Origin: Cyanobacteriota bacterium | Lineage (GTDB): Bacteria > Cyanobacteriota > Cyanobacteriia > Thermostichales > Thermostichaceae | Direction of reading: 5' to 3' | Assembly (NCBI GenBank): GCA_033764955.1 | Contig: JANRIL010000005.1 | Span: 96,001 to 160,000 of the forward strand | DNA length: 64,000 nucleotides | Shown here: one piece after another, positions 20,513-31,103 of the stretch | Position numbering within the stretch: the stretch's first letter is position 1 | How the letters are laid out: every line of letters begins with the position of its first letter | The notes under the pieces: generated by a model | What the model was told of the DNA's origin: nothing | The model's input: the letters and a program-made list of their open reading frames with translations, nothing else | Database searches by the model: none | Program-made: the position numbers and the translations under genes

Positions 20513-21463
20513 TTGTTTGAGCATCTGCCAGTTTTGTGTGAGGACGTGGTGGCAGGATTAGCGATTAAAACTCACGGATCCTATCTCGACGCCACCGTTG
20601 GGGGAGGAGGGCATAGCCTAGCTCTTTTGAGGGCGGGCATTGGTCGGTTGATTGCCCTTGATCACGATCGGGAGGCACTAGCGGCGGCTCAAGCATCGAT
20701 CCAAGGGTGGCTAACAACTCAGCCCCCTCCCCACCCGCAGGTGCGCTTTCACCACCTTAACTTCAGTCAGTTTTGCCTTGCTCAGCACGGTTGGATAGAG
20801 AGGGAGGGAGATTCGCCCCTATTGGACGGGATCCTAGCGGATTTAGGGGTCAGCTCTCCCCAGCTCGATCGAGGGGAACGGGGGTTTAGCTTTCGGCAGA
20901 CGGGTCCCCTGGACATGCGGATGAACCCTGAGGGTCAACCACTGACGGCGGCTGATCTGCTGAATCATGCCGATGAAGCCACCCTTGTTGATTGGTTCTC
21001 CCGCTACGGAGAAGAACGCTACTCGAAGCGGATTGCCCGCCAACTAGTGGCCAAACGACCCTGGCAAACCACCACCCAGCTAGCCGATGCGATTGTGCAG
21101 GCTATCCCGCCGGCGGCTCGTCACGGACGCATTCATCCCGCCACCCGCGTCTTTCAGGCTCTGCGTATGGTTGTCAACCAAGAGCTTGAGGTGTTGCAGA
21201 GTTTTTTGGCAGAAGCGGTGGATTGGCTCAAGCCAGGGGGCAGGATAGCGGTCATTAGTTTTCACAGCCTGGAAGATCGCTTGGTTAAGTGGCAGTTTCG
21301 CCGGGATCCCCGTTGGCAGATTATCACCGCCAAACCCATTCAAGCTAGCCCCGGCGAGCTGGCAAACAATCCCCGTGCTCGTTCAGCCAAGCTGCGGATT
21401 GCCCAGCGTCGGGATCCCTCAGATCTGCTCGATTCGCCAGCAATTTCACCTCAGGAGGTTTAG
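20513..21463 (+). CDS. rsmH: 16S rRNA m4C1402 methyltransferase
   Basis: HLPVL, DATVGGGGHS, DLGVSSPQLD, PLDMRM, HPATRVFQALR, ISFHSLEDR and NPRARSAKLR. Confidence 0.97.
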   Translation: MFEHLPVLCEDVVAGLAIKTHGSYLDATVGGGGHSLALLRAGIGRLIALDHDREALAAAQASIQGWLTTQPPPHPQVRFHHLNFSQFCLAQHGWIEREGDSPLLDGILADLGVSSPQLDRGERGFSFRQTGPLDMRMNPEGQPLTAADLLNHADEATLVDWFSRYGEERYSKRIARQLVAKRPWQTTTQLADAIVQAIPPAARHGRIHPATRVFQALRMVVNQELEVLQSFLAEAVDWLKPGGRIAVISFHSLEDRLVKWQFRRDPRWQIITAKPIQASPGELANNPRARSAKLRIAQRRDPSDLLDSPAISPQEV

Positions 21464-21467
21464 GTCA

Positions 21468-21962
21468 ATGCCACTCCCCAAGCCGTCTCTGGCACGTCAT
21501 CGTCGTCCTGCTTCACCCATGCTGGCGGCTCAAAAGCTGCCCTCTGCGGCACTACATCAACAATGGCGGACGGCAGATCCTCTAGGGGGGGATAGAGCGT
21601 TGACCGAACTGCCCGCCTGGTTACAGCGTTTACTTTGGCTCAAACAAATAACAACCGTATCAGCGATTCTTGCTTGCTTGACTGTTCTCGGTCTCTATAG
21701 TTGGACGGTTTATACTCAACAGCGCTGGAGCAAGCAATATCAAACCCTCGAGCAAATGCGGGTTAATGAACGGCAGTTTTTACTTACGCAAGAATCCATC
21801 TCTAACTCGCTGCGAGATGCTGCTAGCCGGAGCAACATGGTGCCACTGGTTCCAGAACGAATGCTGGAAGTCCCAATTGCATCACCCTTGCCCGTTGAAC
21901 CAAAAGTTGCTACAGCCAATCAGCCGACTATTGAAAATACATTTTATCCGGTGGGTTACTAG
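21468..21962 (+). CDS. cyanobacterial FtsL-like cell division protein
   Basis: Immediately after rsmH. One TM helix (…LYSWTVYTQQRW), a coiled coil and a C-terminal P.GY. Confidence 0.65.
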   Translation: MPLPKPSLARHRRPASPMLAAQKLPSAALHQQWRTADPLGGDRALTELPAWLQRLLWLKQITTVSAILACLTVLGLYSWTVYTQQRWSKQYQTLEQMRVNERQFLLTQESISNSLRDAASRSNMVPLVPERMLEVPIASPLPVEPKVATANQPTIENTFYPVGY

Positions 21963-22004
21963 GGATAATAGCAATTATTCCCATCACTCAACACCAATGG
22001 CCAT

Positions 22005-23180
22005 ATGTACGATCCCGGTCATATTCTTCAATGCGAAAATTCAGAGGCAGAGCCTCAATCTTCCCTCAGTTCTGGTCATCATCTTTCTATTCAATCTCAC
22101 CGCCGCGGCAAACACAAAATCTTTATTGGTATGGCTCCCGGTGTGGGCAAAACCTACCGCATGTTGAGTGAAGCCCAGCAACTCAAGGCGGATGGAATTG
22201 ATGTGGTGATTGGTCTTTTAGAAACCCACGGACGAGCCGAAACCGCTGCCCAAGCGGAAGGGCTAGAAATAGTTCCTCGTCAGCAGGTAATTTGGCATGG
22301 GGTCAGCCTCAGTGAGATGGATACGGATGCGATTATTGCCCGTCAACCTCAATTGGTTTTAGTGGATGAGCTAGCTCATACGAATGCCCCTGGATCCTTT
22401 CATGAAAAACGCTATCAAGATGTCGAAAAAATTCTGGACGCGGGAATTGATGTTCACTCCACCGTTAATGTTCAGCACCTAGAAAGTCTCAATGATTTAG
22501 TGGCTCGGATTACGGGAGTTGTGGTGCGGGAACGCATCCCCGATAAGGTCTTTGAAGATGCTGATGATGTGGTAGTAGTGGATGTTACCCCTGAGACATT
22601 GGAGGAGCGGTTACAAGATGGCAAAATTTATGCCCTTAATAAAGTAGATCAGGCTCTCAATAACTTTTTTCAACGGCGGAATTTGATCGCCCTGCGAGAA
22701 CTAGCCCTGCGAGAAGTAGCGGATAGTATCGAGGAAGATGAAACTTCTGATCAATCGATTTCCCAAGGGATCCAAGAACGACTGTTGGTTTGTATTTCTA
22801 CTTATCCCAATTCTTTACACTTGCTGCGGCGAGGAGCCAGAATAGCCAGCTATCTCAACGCAAAACTTTATGGCCTTTTTGTCTCGGATCCCGAACGATT
22901 TTTGACCAAAGAAGAAAGCCTTCATGTGGAAACTTGTGAACGGCTATGCCGCGAATTTGGGGGAGAATTTTTGCGGATCTCTAGCTTGAATATCGCTCAA
23001 TCCATAGCCGACACAGCCAAACAACTCAAGATTACGCAGGTGGTGATTGGGGAGAGTCCTAAAAAGAAGTCTTGGTACTCTTTCTTCAAACCCTCCATGA
23101 TCCGGCAACTCACCCAATGCCTACAGGGAATTGATATTCATATTATTTCTCAATCACGAGAGAATGGAGAGTCTGTTTAG
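22005..23180 (+). CDS. kdpD: short KdpD (KdpD N-terminal domain + Usp domain; no TM or kinase part)
   Basis: RGKHKIFIGMAPGVGKTY, ETHGR, VDELAHTN, NVQHLESLND and LRELALR, followed by a Usp-like domain. Confidence 0.9.
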   Translation: MYDPGHILQCENSEAEPQSSLSSGHHLSIQSHRRGKHKIFIGMAPGVGKTYRMLSEAQQLKADGIDVVIGLLETHGRAETAAQAEGLEIVPRQQVIWHGVSLSEMDTDAIIARQPQLVLVDELAHTNAPGSFHEKRYQDVEKILDAGIDVHSTVNVQHLESLNDLVARITGVVVRERIPDKVFEDADDVVVVDVTPETLEERLQDGKIYALNKVDQALNNFFQRRNLIALRELALREVADSIEEDETSDQSISQGIQERLLVCISTYPNSLHLLRRGARIASYLNAKLYGLFVSDPERFLTKEESLHVETCERLCREFGGEFLRISSLNIAQSIADTAKQLKITQVVIGESPKKKSWYSFFKPSMIRQLTQCLQGIDIHIISQSRENGESV

Positions 23181-23264
23181 CCAGTTTGACAAAACCGATT
23201 GACCAACGGATTATCCAAAATTCTTTTGTGGGTGGGGCTGTTGGCAGATGCTGAGACATCAAAC

Positions 23265-24137
23265 TTAGGTCAGGAAGAGATCCACCCACTCAGCCACCTC
23301 CTCCGCATAGTGGAGAGGCAGACGGTGATCCGCTTCCGGCAAAATGACCAGTCGTGCCTGCGGGATCCGCTGGGCGTAGGTTTGGCAATGCCAGAGGGGA
23401 ATGGTTTCATCCTGGGCGGCGGCGATCACCAGGGTCGGTAGCCGCAGGGTATGGATATCGGCTTCTACCGTATCAACAGCATCCTGGGGGCGGCGGCGAC
23501 TGCTCAAAAATTGCCGAGCTACGGGTTGAGCCAAGAGGGAGCGGCGCAGCCAGCGGATCTGTTGCCAATCCGCTCCTTTACCCAGCAGGGTTGCTAGTGG
23601 TTGTAGGGCGCTGAGGCTACGATCCACCCAAGGAGATGACCATAGCAACGGTTGCAGATAGCGATAGCGTCCGGCAAAGCTATCATCGCGGATGCCGGCT
23701 GGAGCCAGCAGGATCAACCCCGCTAGATCTTGAGGAAAGCGCAGGGCATAGGCTGCTGCCACCCATCCCCCAAAGGAATGACCCAGTAAATAAAAAGAGG
23801 ATAAGCCCAACCCCTCCACAAAATGCCGGATAAACTCCACCTGCACAGCAATACTGTAGGGGATATTCGGTTGACTGGAGCGACCAAATCCCAATAAATC
23901 AGGGGCAAGACAGCGATAGTGATCCGCCAGTTGCTCAACCAGATACCACCAGTGGGCATGAGTAGCCATAAAGCCATGTAGCATGACAATCGGGATCCCA
24001 TCCCCCCAATCGCGGTAGGCTACTTTTCCCTCCGGCACCGACAAATAGCAAACAGGCTGATCGGGGTGAGCCTGCTCCAGTTGCTCAATATGCTCCAGGG
24101 TTTGCTCTAGGGTGAAAGCTTTCGAGGGCGACGGCAT
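23265..24137 (-). CDS. alpha/beta hydrolase
   Basis: LHGF, DLLGFGRS, nucleophile GHSFGG, D(QDETIP) and H(ADHRL). Confidence 0.9.
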   Translation of the reverse strand: MPSPSKAFTLEQTLEHIEQLEQAHPDQPVCYLSVPEGKVAYRDWGDGIPIVMLHGFMATHAHWWYLVEQLADHYRCLAPDLLGFGRSSQPNIPYSIAVQVEFIRHFVEGLGLSSFYLLGHSFGGWVAAAYALRFPQDLAGLILLAPAGIRDDSFAGRYRYLQPLLWSSPWVDRSLSALQPLATLLGKGADWQQIRWLRRSLLAQPVARQFLSSRRRPQDAVDTVEADIHTLRLPTLVIAAAQDETIPLWHCQTYAQRIPQARLVILPEADHRLPLHYAEEVAEWVDLFLT

Positions 24138-24141
24138 ACAC

Positions 24142-25581
24142 TTAGGCGTGGATCAACGATTGCAGGGCGGTTTGCAAATCACGGGTTAGGAGGGCGACCG
24201 CCTCTTTAGCAGCGCGGCGATTAGTGGAGTAGCTTTCCCATCGCTCCGTCACCGATAAGGGATCCCCGACGCGGAACTCTACCCGCCGCGCCCCCAGATA
24301 GGGACGACGCACCGAAGGGGATCCTTGAATGCGTTGCATGAGATCCCCAATCAGCAGTAGGGTATCCGCAAACCGTTCGGCGGAGGGCTTTTCTTGCACA
24401 TACACACCGGTAACCGCCACAAAGGATTCTACTAAGCGCATATGCCACATGCGGAGTTGGGCTTCTTGAGCAATGCGATCCGCTAGACTGCGTTCCAGGG
24501 GGGATAACGCCTCCAAATCCGCAATATCCTCACGATAGATACGCTCCCATCCGGCTTGTTCAATGCGACGGCAGCGATCGATCACCGTCCCATTGGCTTG
24601 CAAGTCAAAATAGTCTTCTGCCACCTTCAGCACCATATCCAATAACCGCTGCAAGCGATGGCTTAAGTGCAGGTTGGGGGTGGTTGACTCTTGCATAGGT
24701 AGGTCGGGCAGGGTCAGATGATAAAACTGCTGGTAAAAATTCTCCAGCATTTGTAATAAATGACCGCCCAGGCGGGTTAATCGTTGATAGAGCTGACTAA
24801 TGGAGGCGTTGGCGGTCTGAGCGGTCGCGGGATGAGGTGGGGGTGCTGATGGGGAGGGAGCGGGTAAGGGTTGTGCAGGATCCAGCAAACCACAATCCTG
24901 CTCATAGTGGGTCAGCCATTGTTCCAAGGCCAGCCAGGGATCCGTCTGAAAATGATACTGAATACCCAAGGGCAAAATCATCACCTCTTCATGGCGTCCG
25001 ACCTTGAGCAGATCCTCCTGACACCAAAAGCCCATCTGCGCTACCCCTGGTTCGAGGGGACTGATCAGCTCATTATGTCCGTTGGTTCCCCCTTCGGGAG
25101 CGACCGCCATGGGAAACTCACCATTCATAAACAAGTCACGAGCCGAGCGTAGACCTACGCGGTCTAATTTGCCTCGTTGAATGGGTGTCCCCCCCAGTTG
25201 AGAAAACAACCAACCCACCTTAGCTCCCGCCCAAATCGGGATCCCCCGGTCGTAGAGAACATGGGCATGAGTCGGCCATCGCAGGGGCACCGATAGCTGA
25301 GTGGCCGCTCGTGGCAGATAGTGCCCTAACAAATGAGCCAGACAGAGGGGATCATCAGTGCTGGGATGGCGAAAGGCAATCAAAAAGCGAACCTGTTTGG
25401 CCTGAAAACGGCGATACAGCTCCACCAACTGCTCGCCTCCCTCGACACTAACGGCGGTAATGCCCATGCGCCAGCGCAGCCACCAGGGTAATAACCACTG
25501 CACAGAGGTCAACACCCAGGGATTAAGGGCAGGGGGAATAAACTTGAGGGGGGGCTGCGCCTGTTGGGAAGCATAGGTCAT
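24142..25581 (-). CDS. phospholipid/glycerol acyltransferase family protein
   Basis: HX4D motif (RHPSTDD) and APEGG. Confidence 0.82.
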   Translation of the reverse strand: MTYASQQAQPPLKFIPPALNPWVLTSVQWLLPWWLRWRMGITAVSVEGGEQLVELYRRFQAKQVRFLIAFRHPSTDDPLCLAHLLGHYLPRAATQLSVPLRWPTHAHVLYDRGIPIWAGAKVGWLFSQLGGTPIQRGKLDRVGLRSARDLFMNGEFPMAVAPEGGTNGHNELISPLEPGVAQMGFWCQEDLLKVGRHEEVMILPLGIQYHFQTDPWLALEQWLTHYEQDCGLLDPAQPLPAPSPSAPPPHPATAQTANASISQLYQRLTRLGGHLLQMLENFYQQFYHLTLPDLPMQESTTPNLHLSHRLQRLLDMVLKVAEDYFDLQANGTVIDRCRRIEQAGWERIYREDIADLEALSPLERSLADRIAQEAQLRMWHMRLVESFVAVTGVYVQEKPSAERFADTLLLIGDLMQRIQGSPSVRRPYLGARRVEFRVGDPLSVTERWESYSTNRRAAKEAVALLTRDLQTALQSLIHA

Positions 25582-25647
25582 CGATTATTCTCCTTCCTGC
25601 TGCCCAGCCAGGAGTTAGTCAACCACACTGAATCAACAACCCCAAAC

Positions 25648-26172
25648 CTAGACCACAGCCGCCGCCGGATGTTGTTTGAGAAACTCCGTATTCACCCCTG
25701 ATTCTCGCACCAAAGCCACCAACCCAGTACGAGCAATTTCACGAATGCCAAATCCTGAGAGCATCTTGATAATAGCCACCATTTTTCCCGGATCCCCTGT
25801 TACCTCCAGGGTTAGTGATTCCTCCGCCACATCCACAATCCGGGCTCGAAACATCTGAGCAACATCCATAATGTCAGAACGGGTTTCTGGGCTAGCGTTG
25901 ATTTTGATCAGCATCAGCTCCCGCTCTACACAGGGGGTATGGGTAATATCGGTCACCTTCAAAACATCGATCAGTTTGTAAAGCTGTTTGATGATTTGCT
26001 CTACATCATACTCATTGCCCGCCATAACCATCGTGATGCGGGAAATACCGGGACGCTCTGTTTCTCCAACTGTCAAACTATCGATGTTAAAGCCTCGGCG
26101 AGCAAACATGCCCGCAATTCGGGTCAATACTCCCGGTTGATCTTGGACAAGGGCGGTAAGCGTATGTTTCAT
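25648..26172 (-). CDS. ilvN: acetolactate synthase small subunit
   Basis: [41 protein letters not shown] and EIARTG. Confidence 0.96.
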   Translation of the reverse strand: MKHTLTALVQDQPGVLTRIAGMFARRGFNIDSLTVGETERPGISRITMVMAGNEYDVEQIIKQLYKLIDVLKVTDITHTPCVERELMLIKINASPETRSDIMDVAQMFRARIVDVAEESLTLEVTGDPGKMVAIIKMLSGFGIREIARTGLVALVRESGVNTEFLKQHPAAAVV

Positions 26173-26360
26173 AAAAGTCGAGGCAATCAGCAATGGCGGA
26201 ATGAATACGAAGGGTAAAGGATCCCAGCTTAAAATAGCTAGGGAGCTTTCTATTGTTACACTACTATTTTTACATTGGCGGGGATCCCTGCCAATCTCTC
26301 CCTATGAACCTTGATAACGTTCTGCTTCAGCGGGAGCCAGCAGCCTCTACATCACCTCAA

Positions 26361-27191
26361 TCATGCGCGGCGCCGCAGACGAAACCACAACATCGCCATC
26401 ACAAACAAAGCAAACTGAGCCACAACAATACTTGGTCCTGCCGCCAGATTGGCTACCGCTGATAGCAACATTCCCAGTAGCGCACTCAGGGATCCCAACC
26501 CGGTCGCCAAGAGCAAAAATCTGTGAAACTCTTGGCTGAGCAGCTTGGCCGTGGCCGCTGGAATCACCAAAAAGGCATTGACTAGCAACACCCCTACCGC
26601 TTTGATTGCCACCGCCACCGCCAAAGAGAGCAGCACAACAAACCCCAATCGATGGGAATCCACCGCCACCCCCCGCGTGTGAGCCAAATCGGGGTGCAAT
26701 GTCAGGATCATTTGGGAACGCAAGGTTAAGCCCATTCCCAGGAGCGCCGCCACCAACACCAGGCCAATCAGACCCACATCCCGCCACCCTATGGCCAAAA
26801 TATCCCCAAACAACAAATTCATCAGGTTGCCCCGATAGCCTGGCAGCAAGCTCAAGGTCAACACCGCCATCGCTAGCGAAGCCGAAAAGACGATGTTAAG
26901 AACGGTTTCACTCCACAAGTTGGTTTGCCCAATTAGATAAATTACCCCCAAACCAAACAGCACCGTAAAAGGCAAGAGGGTCAGGGTTGGCTCCAAATTC
27001 AGCACAATCCCCAAAACAATCCCTAGCAGCGCAGCATGTCCAACTGTGTGACTGAAAAAGGAAAGCTGACGGAGAATGGCAAAACTTCCCAGCCATCCCC
27101 CCAATAGACCCAGCAATAGTCCCCCCAACAAAGCTCGTTGCATGAAGGGATAGCTCACTAAATCCAGCAGATGCACCAGCGATGCTTCCAT
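26361..27191 (-). CDS. Zn/Mn ABC permease (ZnuB/MntB family)
   Basis: PFMQRAL, SH..HAALLG, LFGDILAI, KAVGVLLV.AFLVIPAATA and GPSIV. Confidence 0.9.
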   Translation of the reverse strand: MEASLVHLLDLVSYPFMQRALLGGLLLGLLGGWLGSFAILRQLSFFSHTVGHAALLGIVLGIVLNLEPTLTLLPFTVLFGLGVIYLIGQTNLWSETVLNIVFSASLAMAVLTLSLLPGYRGNLMNLLFGDILAIGWRDVGLIGLVLVAALLGMGLTLRSQMILTLHPDLAHTRGVAVDSHRLGFVVLLSLAVAVAIKAVGVLLVNAFLVIPAATAKLLSQEFHRFLLLATGLGSLSALLGMLLSAVANLAAGPSIVVAQFALFVMAMLWFRLRRRA

Positions 27192-27573
27192 AGCTTGCTC
27201 CCTCTCCTCCTGATCGCGGCTAGCTTCCTACCACCACATAACCTCAGGTTACGCGAGAACCCTCAAGTGAATATCTAAAGGATTTAAGTCAAGATTTATG
27301 AGTTTTACTGAGAAACAGCATCCCCTTGTGGATTAAGAGGGATCGGATAACGGCGATTATCGTTCAAGCAATCGGTAGATAATGTGCGTCAAAATGTATC
27401 AGAGGAGACTAAGAGTTGTGAACAAACGTAGAAAGTTCGTTAGGTTTGCTTTTTAATAATTTCTATAGAAATCAATTATTGCTTGAGTGCATACCTGTTC
27501 AGGTTCTTCTGTCAGGCTTTCCGTTTAGGCCATTGTGATCGTTGCGTCTGCTTGGGCAGAGGTGAGTGAAATC

Positions 27574-27882
27574 ATGAACAAAGTTTACGTTGCCTATCTC
27601 ACTCGCACCCTCCATCAGTGTCACTCCACTTTTTGTGCAGTGGCCCTGGGAGCCAGTGAAGATTTATCCCGCTTGCTAGAAAAATTACAAAATCGTGATG
27701 TGGCTGTTTCCATCTATTCCTACGATAAAGTTCCGGTTGAATCGGTGGAGCCAGTTCGGGTTTCGTCAACCAATTTTTCTCTGAATAATGAAACCTGTGT
27801 GGGTCACTATTTATTTCCCCAGTTTCAAAAACTAGAAACCAGTCTGTCTGCCTGTCATTCCGGGATCCCTCGCCTTGCCTAA
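27574..27882 (+). CDS. hypothetical protein (102 aa)
   Basis: Open frame with a GAGGTGAG Shine-Dalgarno-like sequence before ATG 27574. No recognisable motif. Confidence 0.5.
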   Translation: MNKVYVAYLTRTLHQCHSTFCAVALGASEDLSRLLEKLQNRDVAVSIYSYDKVPVESVEPVRVSSTNFSLNNETCVGHYLFPQFQKLETSLSACHSGIPRLA

Positions 27883-28035
27883 GCAAACTTGCTTCAATAG
27901 TTGACCTCTCAATCAACAACTCGCAAACAAAATTGTGGAGCGGAGGGGGGATCCCCTCTCATGATTGATGTTGTCAGCGGATTTTTAGGTGACTACATTC
28001 TGAAACGTATACTCAGATACCAAAAACCAGCAAAC

Positions 28036-28409
28036 TGTGGAAAACCCACAGGAATCCACAAAAAAGGATCCTGAGAGCCTGCGGATGAAGAGCTAGGTTT
28101 GGGGGGTGGACTTACCAAGATAGGGGATCCCACACTGGGAGTGTGTTAAGAATCGTATCTTTGTCAATATTTAGTGACATTTAACCTGTGGAAAACCTGT
28201 GGAAAACGCCATTTTTCTGTGGAAAACCTGTGGAAAAACCCCCTAAGTTATTAACAGGTATTTATACCCTGTGGAAAAACCCTTGAGTTATCCACAGTTT
28301 TTCCACAACCCCCTAACCGGATCAACCACTGTCAGGGAGGGGATTTCCGATCTTTTTCCACAGTTTCCACAGCCCCTACTACTACTAATTAGAAATTGAC
28401 TTAGTAGTA
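28036..28409. other. oriC: probable chromosomal replication origin (oriC)
   Basis: TGTGGAAAA at 28036, 28187, 28198, 28218, 28229 and 28270; TTATCCACA at 28288; TTTTCCACA at 28299 and 28354; GTTTCCACA at 28363. These are followed by GCCC, then CTACTACTACTA and an AT-rich tract, directly upstream of dnaN. Confidence 0.9.
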
Positions 28410-28592
28410 ACAGCCGTAAAAAACAAGCGCGTGGGAAAACGAAAAATTTTTTTGGGGATCCCGGCTCAAGGGGGATCGATTCTCGAACAGCCGATGTAGG
28501 ATCTGCTTGTTCGAGGGGGTGGAAAGGGGAAGCACGTGGTGATTAGTTCATTGCCCAGTCCGTTGACAGGTTTGCCAGACAGGTCGGATGAC

Positions 28593-29771
28593 ATGGCCGA
28601 GGGTTCTCTCAAGTTGGTGTGTAGCCAAAGCAATTTGCATCAGCACTTGGCTTCGGTCAGTCGAGCAGTAGCAAGCCGACCCGCCATGCCGGTGCTAGGC
28701 AATGTTTTGCTAGAAGCCGATGCTGAGCGCGGTATGGTGGCTCTGACGGCCTTTGATCTCAGCCTGGGAATCCGCAGTGAGTTTGCGGCGGCGGTGGAAG
28801 AGGGGGGGCGTACTACCCTACCCGCTCGTCTGCTTAACGATATTGTCAGCCGTTTGCCCAATGGCGATCTCACCCTAGAGCAAGGGGATCCCGATAGTCC
28901 CATGCTGATCACGTCGGGGATGGGGCAATATCAGGTGCGGGGCTTGAATGCGGAAGATTATCCCAGCCTGCCAGAAATTGCGGCGGCTGAAACCTTGCTG
29001 CTCCAGATTGAGAGCCTCTTGCAGGGAATCAGTCAAACCCTGTTTGCGGCCTCCGGTGACGACACCAAGCAGGTTTTAACGGGAGTGCATGTCAAGGTCA
29101 AAATGGAAGATGTCCCCATGTTGGAGTTTGCTGCTACCGATGGGCATCGGCTGGCTACCATGAAGACCCCGCTTCTCACGGATCCGGAGGCGGCTACAAG
29201 CCCATCCCTCCCCTCCCAAAATGTGGCCTTTACCATTCCCGCCCGAACCCTGCGAGAAGTTGAGCGGATTCTCAATCAACAATCGGCTACCACCCTTACC
29301 CTGCAATTTGACCGCAGCCAAGTGCAGTTTGGTCTGGATCACCACCTGATCACCAGCCGCCTGTTGGATGGACAATATCCCGACTATGATCGCCTGATTC
29401 CTACCACCTTTGAACGCTCGGTGACAGCAGAACGCAAGCGCTTGATCGAGTGCCTGGAACGGATTGCTGTGTTTGCTGCTCAAAAGAACGACATTGTAAA
29501 ATTTAGCCTAGCGGTGGATAGTCAGGCTCTCACCATTAGCACCGAAGCTCCTGATGTCGGCAGTGGAGAAGAATCTTTATCCATCCAGTTTTCCGGCACT
29601 GACCTTGAGATTGCTTTTAATGTCAAGTATTTGCTCGATGCCCTAAAAGTGATTCAGACCCAAGAGGTAAAGTTGCTCTTAAATGGAGCCACTCAACCTG
29701 CCATTTGGCAACCGGTGGGAGCCATGCAACTGCGTTATCTAGTCATGCCTGTGCAGATCCGTTCTGCCTAG
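28593..29771 (+). CDS. dnaN: DNA polymerase III beta clamp
   Basis: LTAFDLSLGI, LTGV, ATDGHRL, RLLDGQYPDY, IAFNVKYLLDAL and YLVMPVQ. Confidence 0.97.
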   Translation: MAEGSLKLVCSQSNLHQHLASVSRAVASRPAMPVLGNVLLEADAERGMVALTAFDLSLGIRSEFAAAVEEGGRTTLPARLLNDIVSRLPNGDLTLEQGDPDSPMLITSGMGQYQVRGLNAEDYPSLPEIAAAETLLLQIESLLQGISQTLFAASGDDTKQVLTGVHVKVKMEDVPMLEFAATDGHRLATMKTPLLTDPEAATSPSLPSQNVAFTIPARTLREVERILNQQSATTLTLQFDRSQVQFGLDHHLITSRLLDGQYPDYDRLIPTTFERSVTAERKRLIECLERIAVFAAQKNDIVKFSLAVDSQALTISTEAPDVGSGEESLSIQFSGTDLEIAFNVKYLLDALKVIQTQEVKLLLNGATQPAIWQPVGAMQLRYLVMPVQIRSA

Positions 29772-29836
29772 AGAATTGACGCTGAGATGGTCAGTGCGGG
29801 TAGGATGTTTCCCTAGACCTTTTCCTCCTCCGTATT

Positions 29837-31072
29837 ATGGCTAGCATTAACGACCACTATCGCAAGTTAAAAGCAGGCTATTTGTTTCCTGAGATTGCCC
29901 GCCGCGTCAAGGCATTTGCTGCTGATCATCCGCAGGCTACGATCATTCGCATGGGCATTGGGGATGTGACGGAACCCCTACCGGAGGCTTGCCGCCATGC
30001 CATGATCGCCGCCGTAGAAGAAATGGGGGAAGCAGCCACCTTTCGCGGCTACGGACCGGAACAGGGATATGAGTGGCTCAGAGAGGCGATTGCTCAGCAT
30101 GATTTTCAAGCCCGCGGTTGTGAAATTGATGCTTCTGAAATTTTTATTTCCGATGGATCGAAGTGTGATTGTGGCAATATCTTAGATATTTTTGGACATG
30201 ACAATCGCATTGCCGTCACCGATCCGGTCTATCCCGTTTATGTAGATACCAATGTTATGGCAGGTCATACGGGAGAGGCTAATGATCAAGGAGAATTTGC
30301 CGGCTTGACCTATTTGCCGATTACTGCCGCCAATCACTTTACGGCTGAAATTCCTCAGCACAAGGTTGATTTGATTTATCTTTGCTTTCCCAACAACCCG
30401 ACGGGAGCCGTCGCCAGTCGAGATCATCTGCAAGCTTGGGTAGATTATGCGAGAGCCAATCAATCCATTATTTTCTTTGATGCCGCCTACGAAGCCTATA
30501 TTACGGATCCCGATATTCCCCATTCCATTTATGAAATCGAGGGATCCCGTGCCTGTGCCATCGAGTTTCGTTCCTTTTCTAAAACGGCTGGATTTACGGG
30601 AACTCGCTGTGCCTTTACGGTTGTACCGAAGGAGTTGAAGGGATCCGCCGCCGATGGATCGTTAGTAGATATTTGGTCATTATGGAACCGTCGCCAATCC
30701 ACCAAATTTAATGGGGTTTCCTACATCGTGCAACGGGGGGCTGCTGCCGTCTATTCAGAAGCAGGACAAGCCCAGGTGCGTTCTCTAATCTCCTTTTATT
30801 TAGCCAATGCCCAACTGATTCGGGAGAGCCTAACCCAGGCTGGTATCGACGTTTATGGAGGGATCAATGCTCCCTATGTTTGGGTCAAAACCCCGGATCA
30901 CTGGTCGAGTTGGGAGTTTTTTGACAAGTTGCTGCACAGTTGCCATGTGGTAGGAACGCCAGGGGCAGGCTTTGGCAAAGCAGGAGAAGGCTATTTCCGT
31001 TTGTCGGCTTTCAATAGCCGTGCCAATGTAGAGGAAGCCATGCAACGGATCACGAAGACCTTTGCTCGTTGA
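29837..31072 (+). CDS. dapL: LL-diaminopimelate aminotransferase
   Basis: [51 protein letters not shown] and TKFNG. Confidence 0.96.
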   Translation: MASINDHYRKLKAGYLFPEIARRVKAFAADHPQATIIRMGIGDVTEPLPEACRHAMIAAVEEMGEAATFRGYGPEQGYEWLREAIAQHDFQARGCEIDASEIFISDGSKCDCGNILDIFGHDNRIAVTDPVYPVYVDTNVMAGHTGEANDQGEFAGLTYLPITAANHFTAEIPQHKVDLIYLCFPNNPTGAVASRDHLQAWVDYARANQSIIFFDAAYEAYITDPDIPHSIYEIEGSRACAIEFRSFSKTAGFTGTRCAFTVVPKELKGSAADGSLVDIWSLWNRRQSTKFNGVSYIVQRGAAAVYSEAGQAQVRSLISFYLANAQLIRESLTQAGIDVYGGINAPYVWVKTPDHWSSWEFFDKLLHSCHVVGTPGAGFGKAGEGYFRLSAFNSRANVEEAMQRITKTFAR

Positions 31073-31103
31073 GATCGTTAACTATCAGCAAAAGTCCCCG
31101 ATT

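Noticed and set aside
27345..27362. Zur box upstream of the metal permease (GATAAC-GGCG-ATTATC)
   Set aside because: The half-site spacing does not fit TGATAATNATTATCA.
28187..28371. Short repeated CCTGTGGAAAA units as a CRISPR array or iterons
   Set aside because: The units are 9-11 bp with irregular spacing, match DnaA boxes and have no cas genes nearby.
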